A model generated the notes under the pieces. That model was not told the origin of the DNA and ran no database searches. It saw only the letters and a program-made list of their open reading frames with translations. DNA of 61,367 bases from Basidiobolus meristosporus CBS 931.73 (Eukaryota; Fungi; Basidiobolomycota). Made by a program: the position numbers and the translations under genes. The stretch covers positions 1-61,367 of the forward strand of contig MCFE01000535.1 in NCBI GenBank assembly GCA_002104905.1, read 5' to 3'. Shown here in pieces: positions 27,109 to 38,813 of this stretch. The stretch's first letter is position 1. Every line of letters begins with the position of its first letter.

Positions 27109-27906
27109 TCACGTGCACACAATCTCGACTTCAAGTATTATTTGGATAGGTGGTGCAAGGTTAGCCAATCACGCCACTTCTTGGTTTTGGTAGCCCAGCC
27201 GTCCCGAACTTTTCCAAGGCGATACTGAACCACAGGCTCATCACAAACTACTGGCTGGTCTGCGACCTGGCTTCTCGAGAGCTCACGATCCCGATGGCCC
27301 TTTTTCAGGTCATCCAGCTCGCGTAGGAGCTTGGCAATCTAACTATCTTGCTCTTTCGTATCCTGATACCGTTAAGCCGAAGGATTGGTGCAACTCCAAT
27401 TCGGCACGAAACAGCTCGATGAAGCTTGCATAGATACGGTTGATGATAAGCGAAAGGAAAAGAGTAAAGCCGACGAGATACATATTCGGTGGGCTGTTAA
27501 ACCTCTTGGCGCGGATCTGAGAGCCAATGTGAGGATCGACCAGAAGGGTTTGGTTCGTTTCCTCAGCAGCACAAATCATTCTGTTCACTGAATCAACAAA
27601 CAACACAAACACAAACAAGCCTACGAAGTAGTGGACATGTTGATTACTTTATAGATTCCCGGAATCGTGGATTTTCAGTAGCATGCCTCGTTTCCAAGAC
27701 TTCGGGAAAGGATTCCACAATAAGAATGGCCAGGTCATGGGGCGAAGTGAATTCGGAGTGCAAAAACCCTGCTCTTACCATCATTATTTCCAAAATTGTC
27801 ATCTGAAAAGGAAGCTATAACAATCGATATGCGCGTGATGCTGGAAAATACTTTCTCTTATCTTTGCGACCACAGGGCGGAAGGTGGTTCTTTATTGCAA
27901 GGTCAT
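27109..27906 (-). pseudogene. Probable pseudogene of a Bap31/Yet-family ER membrane protein
   Basis: FVFVLFVDSVNR...NMYLVGFTLFLSLIINRIY is Bap29/31-like, followed by a coiled-coil exon (IAKLLRELDDLKK). There is an in-frame TAA at 27649-27651, a TAA at codon 5 (ATG ACC TTG CAA TAA), and the conserved FY[AS]QRN reads FNSPPN. Ends approximate. Confidence 0.6.
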
Positions 27907-28630
27907 GTCAGCTGATGTACGGCTTCGGATACCTCAAGAGCTCTGATGGCTGTAGCTAGTGGTATGTATAAAGTAGCTGAACGAAGCCAATATGTAAGAG
28001 GAATTGGATGTGGCGGGCTCAAGTTCGGAGGCCGAGTACTATGACGTCGTAAAGGAGAAATATTTGTATCACAGATGATCAAATTATACCAAATAAAGAC
28101 TAGTGGGATGGTCGCTGCTGTGTTGATACAAAATAGCCGAGCCATATTCTGTATCAACCTAAATAAGTGATATTAAGCTAACCAGATGCCCCAAAACAAG
28201 CAAAACATCCTGAAACTTCACAATCTAGAATACTACAGATCATTTATGGCAGAGGCCTTAGGATGATTGGTTAAGGTAAAGCGTCCCTTGAAAAGGACTC
28301 ACCCTCTTTTAGCTGAAATGTTGTTGGACTACCTGTCAACACGAGGCAGGGTTGGCAAGCTGAAAGCTAGTATCAAGCCTGTACGATGCACAACAGCGAC
28401 AACTCCTCGAAGATTCACTTTGGGATAAATATGAAGTTTATTGAGGACCGATGTTGAAGTTAAAGGTGATGAAATATGCCAAAAATGCCAAACTATTTAT
28501 ACTTGCTGACTTGACAACTTCACGGAGAATATGGAAAAAATAAATACAAAAAATTGAAGTGCGGCACCAGCCTTGAACAGTGCTAGCCAAGTTCCCAAAT
28601 ATCGGCAAGGAGAATGAAAAAACGTGCCCA

Positions 28631-30008
28631 TTATTGAGTAAGGTAGGGCAATTCGCCGCTACTGCTACCAATACTATAGCTATTACCGCCACTGCTGCTG
28701 CTGCTGTTGCTGTTGAGTTGTAATGATGGCAACTGGAATTTAGCAAGACGACAGATAATGTAAGCTTTATCGTAGCTATCAATCTTCATTACATGGGTTC
28801 CAAAAGCGCCTCCTATCCTCATGTGTACATTGAATAGCTCGTAGCCGCCGTCCTTTCGCCTGATGTGAATGGCCTCGGTAAAATCCTCCGACATAGACGC
28901 CGGACACTTGAGCTGCTCATAGCTTTGCTTCTGGATATCGCCCGTTGATAAAGAGCAACCGAACCCTTCTTTCAATGGTGCAGAGAGGAAGCCACCTTGA
29001 AACTGATTGATTCCATTGACAACATGGTCAATGATCTGCTCACGGAGATTCTTGACCCTCTCGGTGTCAGTAGTATGAACAATGCTGTAAAAGGATTGAT
29101 TGACTAAATCTTGAGATGTGTAACCTAAAAGTTCATGGTACTCCTCGGAGATCATGGCACAGTCCATCTTGAAATCTAACATCATAATAAAGTCACCCTC
29201 TTCAGATGAACGAGTAGTGGAACTGTCAAGAGAGTGCTTATCCTCCATTTGCTTAGCTGGCTCGTAAATGTTGTATTGCTTTGGCACCGACTTGTCAGAG
29301 CTGCTGAGAGTTTGGAATCGGGAATGGTTCGAAACATTCATACCAGGCTTTGGCGAGGAAGCATGGGTCTGGAGGGAGGGTTGGTTTGGAGGCGGTCCGT
29401 ACATGTCACCGCGCTGAGACGAGCCATGTCTATAAATCACCGGTTGCTTGTCGCTTGGAGCCGCAGGATTTGATTGAAACATGCAATTACGGACCTCAGA
29501 CTGAGCGTCAAAAGTGGTCGGAGTGAGGTGGATTATTTGGGAGTACTTGGAGTCATGTAGATACGACTCGGACTTCTTGTCCTTGATCTTGGGTCTGCCA
29601 CGTTTCTTGTGTTGGATGTCTACACAAGTATCCGTTTTACCCATGGCCAAACACCTTTTGCAAGGTCTGGAAACTATCAATTTATCAGTCAAGGGAAAAG
29701 GGGAAGGTGAACCAAGATTTTGCAAACGTACCATCACAAGCAAGGTGCGCCTTCTTGCAGTTTGCGCAGGCGCTGGGGACATGTGTTTTGTTGTTCTTTT
29801 TGGAGCTGCCACCCTTATTGGGTTCGGAAGAACTGCTTTCATCGGAGCTTGATTTTCTCGCCTTCGTACGAATTTTGTTCTCAGGGCAAGAACTACTTTC
29901 ATTCGAGCGCTTCAAAGGGTTTTCTGAAGACCAGGGAGACTCTCTTTGAGGTGGATTCGTTTCGGGTGCTGCATGTGAGCCAAAGAATTTGCCTTGCTCT
30001 CTCTCCAT
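28631..30008 (-). CDS. Zn(II)2Cys6 transcription factor with C-terminal PAS-like region (Rds2/Ert1/AcuK-AcuM-like)
   Basis: SACANCKKAHLACD|VSRPCKRCLAMGKTDTCVDIQHKKRGRP across intron 29674-29731; PAS-like ISEEYHELLGYTSQDLVNQSFYSIVHTTD. Confidence 0.88.
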
Positions 30009-30539
30009 TGTGCAGAGTATGTAGGGAAGCGAGTATAGGTACTGAGTATTAAAAGTAAAATTCTATGTTTTGCGAGCTCAGCTCTAGCCTAACTTAGTAT
30101 CACGGTCAAAGTAAAGGGAATCGGTGTATATTTGTATGAATGAGCGGAGAGGGCAGCCTCAACCGGTACCAATAAGAGCAATATAAGTAGATTTAAAATC
30201 GCAACAAGAAAAAGGATTGAAAAGAATGGAAAACCACAAACCTGTCACATGTGGATAAGTACCCTCTTATGCAACTGGCCACAACGAAATTATGGGGTAC
30301 CACCTACTGTTTAAGATAATTGCCAGAGCGCAGCCAATTATGAGCCACCTTGATGAAGCGCATCCTTGCGGGCCAATGGAAGCCAGAAAACAATCCCATC
30401 AGCGTAAGATCGATCTACGCTTGGAATGATTTCTGAGATTTTTCTATCGAAGAGCAAACTGGGAAATTCTCAATGAAACATCCCGATTATCCAATGGATT
30501 CCCATGTATCCGGAATGTACTTCCAATGTCCCAAACGAT

Positions 30540-31990
30540 CTAGTTTGACCAGAAGAGTACGCTGGCCATATCAACAATCTGCCGTCGGAAAATTGTGCAG
30601 ACTAATTTCGCCAAGTAGCACACAGAGATGACGAGGAAGCGAGACAGGGAATGAACCACGGATCATCTGGATAGACAATCAGAGCGGCCACATGCACCCC
30701 GTAGAGAAATTTCCCGATCTTTGACGACCTAAACATAAAGGGAAAGCCCGTTGCTGTGTTGGGAGTCCAACGACTGCTTATCACATGTAGAGGGCCCTGA
30801 GGCTCTGCAAGCAAGGAATTCTCCCATTGATGTAAGAGAACTAAACCAAGTTTGATCAAAGCTTACTCATGACTGATCGCTACCCTGGATTGGCCAAAGT
30901 AGTCTCAGTACTGACAAAACAGTCGATTGAGTTATTAGCCGAGCTGCATTTCCGCTGGATGAGAAACCCGGCCAATTGCCGCGGGCAGGCGATTTTGGGG
31001 GGTGGGTGAGGCCAAGAATACTCCAAGCGGCTTGGAGATTCGAAGGCTGCTTTTGGGCATTGCATTGCATTATTCCTGAACCCCAGCGGGATACAGCTGA
31101 TTTAATGAAGATGACTGATACGAATTCGCGCTAATAATCGGTCTTGTGATGGGCCAACCAGCAGCCCGTGGATTGAGTATTTCCCCTTTCTTGGTCAGAC
31201 GATCTAAATCTAGTAAAATCCTCCGAAACACCAAACCAATTACTACCACTGTGTTTCGTCCAGTTAGGAAATCAACCTGCAATGTGTCTCCAACCTTCGT
31301 ACTCAGTTGGAACAATCATCGGAACATCCGGCCTACACAATAGGGTCTTAGTATCCAGGTACTCCTTGATCTAGAATATTGCCCATTATCTTGATTAGAT
31401 CAGGTATCTACCGCCAACCCATGCGGCCAGGTGGCATGGATATAGGATATCGCTTGCACCATCCTTTCGACCGGGGTGGTGGCCGAATTCGTGGGATTTC
31501 ATGGACAGCCAACTGGCACTGCAATATGTCCATATGGGTAATTTCAGGCTAGGATTGCTGGGGATAGTGCCATCTCATGAAAGATGGCATGTACCTGATT
31601 TCGAGGGTTGCAGCCAGGTTTGGTTGATGGATGCAAATGCGTCCATTACGGAATGTGGGTAGCTAAAGGCAACCGTTAATCATGCCATTTGGGGACCGCT
31701 TGGCGATAAGTGTACCCATGGCTCTCACAGTTGATGATCTGGCGGTGCATCCAACTAATCATCGGTGCTGCCATGCTTGGACACATCATTACCGAGCGTC
31801 AACCTTCCGAGAATCGAGGCAATCATGGATGCCAGCGCGGAGGATGTTTCACTGGCCGGCTCAGCCATTGGTCTTCTCATCACGCGCCACCTTCATACAA
31901 AATAGAGTTCACCATCACGTCCGCTTCCAGTGCGCGCAGTGATTGGATACCCTGCTCCCACTCGGCGACTGGATTGGTAGACAATTGATG
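30540..31990 (-). other. Possible unidentified multi-exon gene (or pseudogene)
   Basis: Protein-like segments bounded by AG/GT can be chained (SWLSMKSHEFGHHPG..CHLAAW|IKEYLDTKTLLCRPDVPMIVPTEYEGWRHIA|DRLTKKGEILNPRAAGWPITRP), but no start, full model or family was found. Confidence 0.25.
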
Positions 31991-32079
31991 AATTCATGGA
32001 TGATTTCGACTCAGGGGAAGATGAAGAGCTTCACTAAGTTTCTGGCTACGAACCGTCCGAAATTTTCAGTCTCAAAGCC

Positions 32080-33586
32080 ATGTCGTCTGCTACGTCGGAT
32101 TCGCCTGAGAAAAAACTCCCAAACAGAAGCTCGGGCAGAATAAAAGCCAAGACCGGTGGCATCTCTTTGATGTCATTGGAGGAAGGTACGGCTGTTTTGT
32201 GTGTGTGACTGCTAGTTATGCTCTCCTAGCTGACGAAATGCGTTAGCCTATACCCCAAGAAAAACCAGAGAGAGAAAAAACGTAGAGCTTCATGAGCCTG
32301 GTCAAGAATCCCCCACCAAAAAGGCCATTCTTTATAAAGTCGGTTGCTTCATTGGTATCTAACGAAAGGCAAATTTCCTAACCATTTGGTCTTGTTGGCA
32401 AAAGGGCCCAGGAACCCCTTTGAAAGATATACCACGAGGTGGTTGTCGCGAGTTTCTCTTAAACTTCGGCTTGCCTTCTAATATCTGTTCTAGTTGCGTC
32501 CAAGATCCATTCGCGAAAAGGCAAAGACTACACTCTGTATGCTCTTCATAGGTTCCTATTCGGCAGAACCAGAAGGAAGCCGAACGTAAAGGAGGACCTA
32601 GGGCGTTTTAGGGGAATTACTTTTCAAAACCTGGCAAGTCGTATGCTAGTTTTTGGCCACTGGGTGTGCGTTATTAAACCTTGGGATGAAATGCAATTTC
32701 CAGGAAGAGGAGGACGTGTATTGGAACAAGTTAGAGAAGTGGACAGTCGAGACATGTAAGGATGTTTGTGATGTGCTCGACCTACCGTTCCCCAACAACA
32801 AGGTTACTCTCAATCATGTTTATCAACGCGTGGAGAAATATGGAATTAATAGATGGGCACTTGCATTTTGCTGATAGAACGATCTTCACAATTTTATTAT
32901 GGATTTCCTCAAAAGCCCTATGCCTCGAGAAGTAACTGACGTCCAGGTAAGAGTACATTCAGAAGTGTGAGTGCTCGAACAGTAACATTAATGCGTGAGG
33001 CAGGAGGAGTGCAGCATCCAGATATCCCCCTTCTCATACTTTGTCCGGGAGAAGCGCGGGGAGTTAATCAAGAATGATCCTGACAAGTCACTCGAAGATA
33101 TTCAAAAAGAACTTGTAGCGCTCTGGGATTCACTTCCTAACGAAGAGAAGACCATATATCAAACCCAAAACCCGAATGAGACACCTACCAAAAAGCGTAA
33201 ATATACCAAACGAGTCGACAAAAAGCCCACTACAGTGGCCGATCAGACTTCTCCAGCTAAGCGTGGTCGCAAACCCAGAAATACGTATGATTCGCCAGTT
33301 TCTAATCAGAAGAAGCGTAGACCAAAGACCAAGGAGATGGTAGACAGTGATGAAGAGGTGAATTCCCCCATTGGCTCCCTGTTACAGCGGTCGCTAACTT
33401 GAATATCATTTAAGGAGCAAAGCAAAACAATCCCGGCCGAACCAGTCAAGGGCGGTCATGATGAAGGTAATTAGAATGTGGCTTGCCTTCCGACCGAATG
33501 AGCGTCTAATGCATCAATTCCTAGTTGGGAAGCTGGAGGACAGCGCATTGGAGGGCGACGAGGGAGGTGCCTCGGATCACAAGTAG
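32080..33586 (+). CDS. DEK-like chromatin protein with an HMG-box and an AT-hook-like motif, many introns
   Basis: RERKNVE, KGPGTPLKDIPR|V, LYALHRFLFGR, DLGRFRG, KLEKWTVETCKDVCDVLDL, FIMDFLKSP resemble the DEK central/SAP region. ISPFSYFVREKRGELIKNDPDKSLEDIQKELVALWDSLPNEEKTIY is HMG-box-like; PAKRGRKPR is AT-hook-like. Confidence 0.75.
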
Positions 33587-34300
33587 TGGTTGAACCTAAT
33601 TCGGATGACTGCTTAGTCATCTTGCTTCCAATTTTGCATTCGATATTCATGTAAATCGCGCTTCAGTGTCAACCTGTTGATCACTCTAATCAAATTTTAC
33701 CAATCACTGGCGTACCTCTGCTTACCAATAAATTAATTTGCTCGGTGGCAATGTCCGCAGCTGGTTGGGAAGTGCTGCCCCGCTCAATCCAGATTGCGCT
33801 CCTAAGAGCAAGGGGGTTCTATCTCATCTGCGATCGGCCGATGATGCCAATGTGCGTTCAGCAGTGTACCATTTCGAGAACGTGCTGAAACCCAGCAAAT
33901 GCGGTGTGCCCATCAAGCCGCTGAAGTTGGGGAGGCACTGCCGCCTTGGAAGTGTGGGTAACCTCGATCCAGGCTGTGTTGTCTGGGTGTTATGGTTGTT
34001 CCACCTTGGCACCTGACAACTGGATTCGTAAGCTACAATGGCTCTACAGCATACGTGGTGCACATCTGAGTCGTATCGTCGCATATCCGCATCGTATTGG
34101 CCCACTCGACCCCGTCATGTTGAGGGGCGCATGACGGTTACTGACCGCGGGTTTGGCTGCCTACTCCAGGCTGCCCGCGGCTGACTTGGATGACGTCATG
34201 GTCAACGTTTGTGCAGTAGCCTACTGGTGAATCATAAATCTTATCACAGTTTAGGTGAGATGATTCCAAGATTCCTTCAAACCAGCATAGATTATTCACC

Positions 34301-35687
34301 ATGGCAAAGAGCCAGGAAACTTCCGACCACAGAACCACAGACGTGCTTCCCGAAGAGGCCGAGGTTAGCTCAACGAAATGGAGCCTGGCTTCCTGGGTTC
34401 CGAAGTTCCCCGCTCTCCCGAAGTATACCGGCTCCTTTTCCGTTGGCTGCGCTGATTTGACCTGGTCTTATTTGAAGGAAAGACAGCCGTTCGAGGAGGC
34501 GGAGGAGACAGCCACCGCTCAGGATAACATTCGACACATGATAACCAGGTTGTACTATCCAGCCGAGGTTACTGCAGCTGAAAGAACCGCTAAGTGGCTA
34601 CCCTCACCCAGCTCAGTTTACGCCCAAGGTTAGTTTTTGTTGGTCGCGCCAATCTTGATTTCCCTCCTTAGTAATGCTATCCCAAACAGGCTACGGGGAT
34701 TTCAAGAAGCTTCCCCGGTGGCTGTCCATCCCAGTGGTGGTTGGGATGCTCTCATTCACTTCCATACATGCCTTTATAGAAGCAAAGCTACCAGCTACAG
34801 GCCCTTTCACCAATCCAGCTAAAAAGCATCAATTTCCCGTTGTTATCTTCTCGCATGGCCTGGGGGGTTGTAGAACCACGTATTCGTCAATCTGTGGAGA
34901 AATCGCTTCCCACGGATTTGTCGTGTGCGCTATTGAGCATCGGGATGGCACGGCAAACGCCTCCGCACTTCCGGATACTGGGAAAGACACAGTCACATAC
35001 CGTTGGCCACCGGTGAATGACACAGATGCCGAATACCAGTTTCGTCGCGGACAGCTGCTCTTTCGAGTCTCCGAGGTTCAGCAAACCATCCAAATGTTAC
35101 AACGGCTGAACAACGGGGAAAACATCGAGGAGGGAAAGGCGCGCACAGAAAGTGAGTCCCAGTTCCAAAACAGACTCGATTTCAGTAATGTCGTCATGGC
35201 GGGCCATAGCTTTGGGGCTGCTACGACAGTGGAGACACTGCGAACAGAAAAATCTTTCTTCAGATGCGGGATTCTCCTTGATCCATGGGTTTTTGCCCTG
35301 GAGCATGAGTCTAGCAATTGGAGAGGTGGGCTTGTGCCTACACTGGACAAGCCGGTGTTAACCATCAACTCCGAAGGGTTTACGAATTGGAAAGAAAGCT
35401 TCGACATATTGCTTCCTTTCCTCAATGCGAACCGAGAGCGTTCACGGTCGCCGTTTCTCACCGTAAAGGAGTCCCGCCATATGAATCAGAGCGACTTTCC
35501 TATCCTCTTTCGGACGGTATATGGGCTTAAAGATAAGTTTAGTGGGAAAATTGATCCTGAAGTCGCGATCAATCTTAACAATCGCGCGATACTTCAGTTC
35601 TTACGGAATACTGTTGTAGAGTTCGGCCAGTTCCTCCCTAATGATGAGCAAATCCTTTCCAAGGAGCCAAGCCTAATTACCCATTAA
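34301..35687 (+). CDS. Platelet-activating factor acetylhydrolase family (PAF-AH_p_II) alpha/beta hydrolase
   Basis: LPKYTGSFSVG, FPVVIFSHGLGG.RTTYSSICGEIASHGFVVCAIEHRDGTA, GHSFGAAT nucleophile elbow, LDPW, HMNQSDF; single intron 34629-34689. Confidence 0.93.
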
Positions 35688-35870
35688 TTTCAAACTGTTT
35701 GTGGATAGATTTTTCATCTCTACAACAGCCCGACTAAAGTGATGTTTTCAACTGTCTATCCAACCACAAATTGCCTTGTTAAATATATGATCTTGGTGTA
35801 AGGTTTGTTGAAGTCCATGATTTACCACACCATGTGCCTTGGTATTATCTGGCACATAATTTTGTACTGT

Positions 35871-36660
35871 TGTAAATTTCGTAATTACACCTATATATCC
35901 CATTGACTTAGTCCCCTAGATCATAGTCTATAAATCCTAGAATATCTTGCCCAATTTCTTTTATGGGATTTACTTTGAGAATTTTTATATGTCCTGGGTA
36001 CCTGATATTTTGGTAATGTATTCCAAGTTATCCAAAGGCCCTCAAACTTTGCAACACCATATAGATGTATAATTAATACCTTTACATTCAATAAATAATC
36101 AAGTGAAAGCAACATCTTTTTATTGAGCTCCAAGCAGTTACTCTATCAAGTGTGCACTATATCTATTTCTAGAATCTCCCTTTTGCTGTGTAGTTGGATG
36201 GATCTACCTGTTGTAAATCTCATAATTACTCCTAAATGCTCACTTATACATAGTCTACAAACCTTAGAAATTTCTGCTTAAACTCCTTGTTGAGATTTGC
36301 TCCAAATATTCTCACCCAAATATATGGTATCAAGTGCATGAGAAATCTCTAAACTGTCCAAACAGCCCCACTTTGCACACATGCTCTGGGTGTTGTTAGA
36401 GTTTTGCACATAATTGAAGTGATTGGGAGAATAAGTAGATCAAGTGGCTTTCACTTAATGACTTATTGAATATAATGTTGTAAAAATTTGTAATTCCACC
36501 TAAATATTCACCTAACTTAGTCACTTAAATCCTTACCTTCAAATCCTAGAGAATACTGACCAAATTCCTTGTTGGGATTTACTTAGAATATTTACCCAGA
36601 ACATGAAAATTAGATAAGTTGTCCAAACAGCCCCAAACTTTGCACACCTGTTCTTGGGAC
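35871..36660. repeat. Three degenerate copies of a ~180-200 bp AT-rich unit
   Basis: Units start near 35871, 36211 and 36478, each running ttgtaaa..taattac/ccacctaaat..tagtc..aaatcctag..gggatttactt..gtccaaacagcccc..ctttgcacac. Confidence 0.6.
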
Positions 36661-36680
36661 CTTTCTTAACCTATTCTACG

Positions 36681-37436
36681 TGTTTGTTATGCCAAGATCA
36701 TGCAAACGTATAAATACTACTTTTACATTCAATAAATCATCACACAAAGATCACATAATCTACTTGTCCTGCCAAATCACTTCTAATATCTCCAAGACTC
36801 TTACAACAGGTTATGAGCCCCAAGCTGTCACTCTCTGCAATGTCTACTACTGCTATTACTGGAATTTCCTCCTCTGCTGAAAAGTTGGATGGATCTAACT
36901 ACCAAGTGTGGAAGGTGAAGATGAAGATGCTGCTACAAGAAAGAGGCCTGTGGGATATTGTCATGGGAGAAGAATGCCCTCCTAAAAGCATGCAAGAGGA
37001 AGCCCTAAAGTACCAGAAGAAAGAATAAAGTGCCTTTAACTGCATTTGCCTTAATGTTAAAGACAAATTGCTAATTCAATGCTCAAGAGCAAAAACTGCA
37101 AAGAATGCCTGGAAGGCATTAGAAGACACCTACCAGTCATGTTCAGCTACTAAGAAAATGTATCTGAGACAAAGATTCTTCACTACAAAGATGCTGCCAG
37201 GAGAAGAAATGAAAAATCCAATTAACAGAATTACCCTGCTGGTGGATGAGATGGAATCTGTGGGCATACCAACCACTGATGAGGATGTGATAGTTACCAT
37301 CCTAAATAGCCTGACAGACAGGTTTCAGGGCCTTGTATCAGCCCTAGAGTCCAGAACTGAAGATTTGACCATGAATTACTTTTATGAAAGGCTCCTGGAT
37401 GAAGAATTAAGAAAATCAAGCACCAATACCTTATGA
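36681..37436 (+). mobile_element. Ty1/copia LTR retrotransposon remnant (short LTR, PBS, gag with internal stop; no pol in window)
   Basis: TG..CA segment ending at 36808 with TATAAATA (36709) and AATAAA (36731); PBS GGTTATGAGCCC at 36809-36820; gag KLDGSNYQVWKVKMKMLLQERGLWDIV..AKNAWKALEDTY..RLLDEE with TAA at 37026-37028. LTR start approximate. Confidence 0.88.
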
Positions 37437-38813
37437 AAAGTTACTGTAATGATCCTGTCAAAAGGCTGTCACAAAGCAAAAGTCCCATGACTTAGAGGTA
37501 CTGATGCCATCAGGACACTGTCTAGAGACTGTTGAGAAATAATTGCACCCCAGATTTCACAATAAACTTAGTCAAAATTTTTTGTCACAACAATGTATAA
37601 GTTGCTTTTGATTGGTTCCCTGCCAGTTTGCCCACTTTCTGATCCCAGACACTCTATCACCTCCTACATTTGTGTGCATTGATTGGCTATTGCCTCTTTT
37701 TCACACTCCTTACTTCCTGACTTAACTGTTTCTCTTACTCTTCATGTGTACAAATTGATTTATTTCTGTTGAAACTCCAGTTGTACCTCAATTGCCAATT
37801 GTATTGACCTATACAAGTCCCTATACCCTACACTAACATTCAGTCCAACCTCACATTCAACAAGTAACTCCATTAAAATCCACCACTCAATAAGTGTTTC
37901 TGCTGTAACACTCTGGTTCCACAACTTTGGCAGGATCCCAACAGCTTTATGCCACTGTTCATTCACTAGTTCCCACACATCCTGGTCTTCAGCTGGTGCT
38001 GCAAGGTCTAGCACCTCCTCAACTGGTCTTTGCAATAAATCCTTACAATATTCAAGTGCATTTTCTTGAGCACTGCTCTTGAAGAAGTGCTGCAACCTCT
38101 TGGTGTGCCAATTAATGCTCCAAGATTCTACTGAAGGCATTGTGATAGTCTTCAAGTTCTTAATGTTGTGGCCTTGTCTGTCAGTGGGATCTCCATTTTG
38201 TCAACAATGGAGGATGTGGAGGCTGTGATAGATGAATAGCCATTTTCTGCCAACTCATCCACCTTGATGGAGTGTAGCTCAGCTGGCTGTACTTCCAACT
38301 CTTGTGAAAACAGCTGTTTTCTTGTTGGTAATTCTTCTTGGCTACAATGGGATTCAGTCTGTTCCTGGCTTGTGGCATTAATTGGCAAGAACTGCAGTTT
38401 TTTTTGCCTGCCTCCCTGTCTCAGGCTTGGGTAGACATTTTCCCCTTTACCATTTCCTTTATCACTGCCAGGCCTTTCACTGCTACTTTGTCTGAGTGCT
38501 TTTTGTAATGAACTACATTTTCACCTTGATAAATTCTGCACTGACACATCTGTTTTGGCCTGCTTGTCCTTTGCTGGCACTCTCCTGGCAACCTTATGTT
38601 TTGTTTCTGCTTATTTCAAGCTCTCAACCACAGTTGTGCCAGGCTCCTGTAAAAGCTGCTGGTTTATATCACTGCTAGGTCCTTAACTGCTACCTTGACT
38701 GAGTGCTACTTGAGTAGTACTGCACTTTCTCCTTGATAAATGTTGTGCTGGTGCATTTGTGTCTGCCTGCATGTCCCTAATTGGCACTCTTCCAGCTACT
38801 TGACATCTCTTTG

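Noticed and set aside
33738-34200. Several 60-90 aa ORFs upstream of PAF-AH
   Set aside because: No motifs or credible splice chain.
37517-37530. CACTG as a possible CACTA-element terminus
   Set aside because: Five-base match with no partner end or TSD visible in the window.
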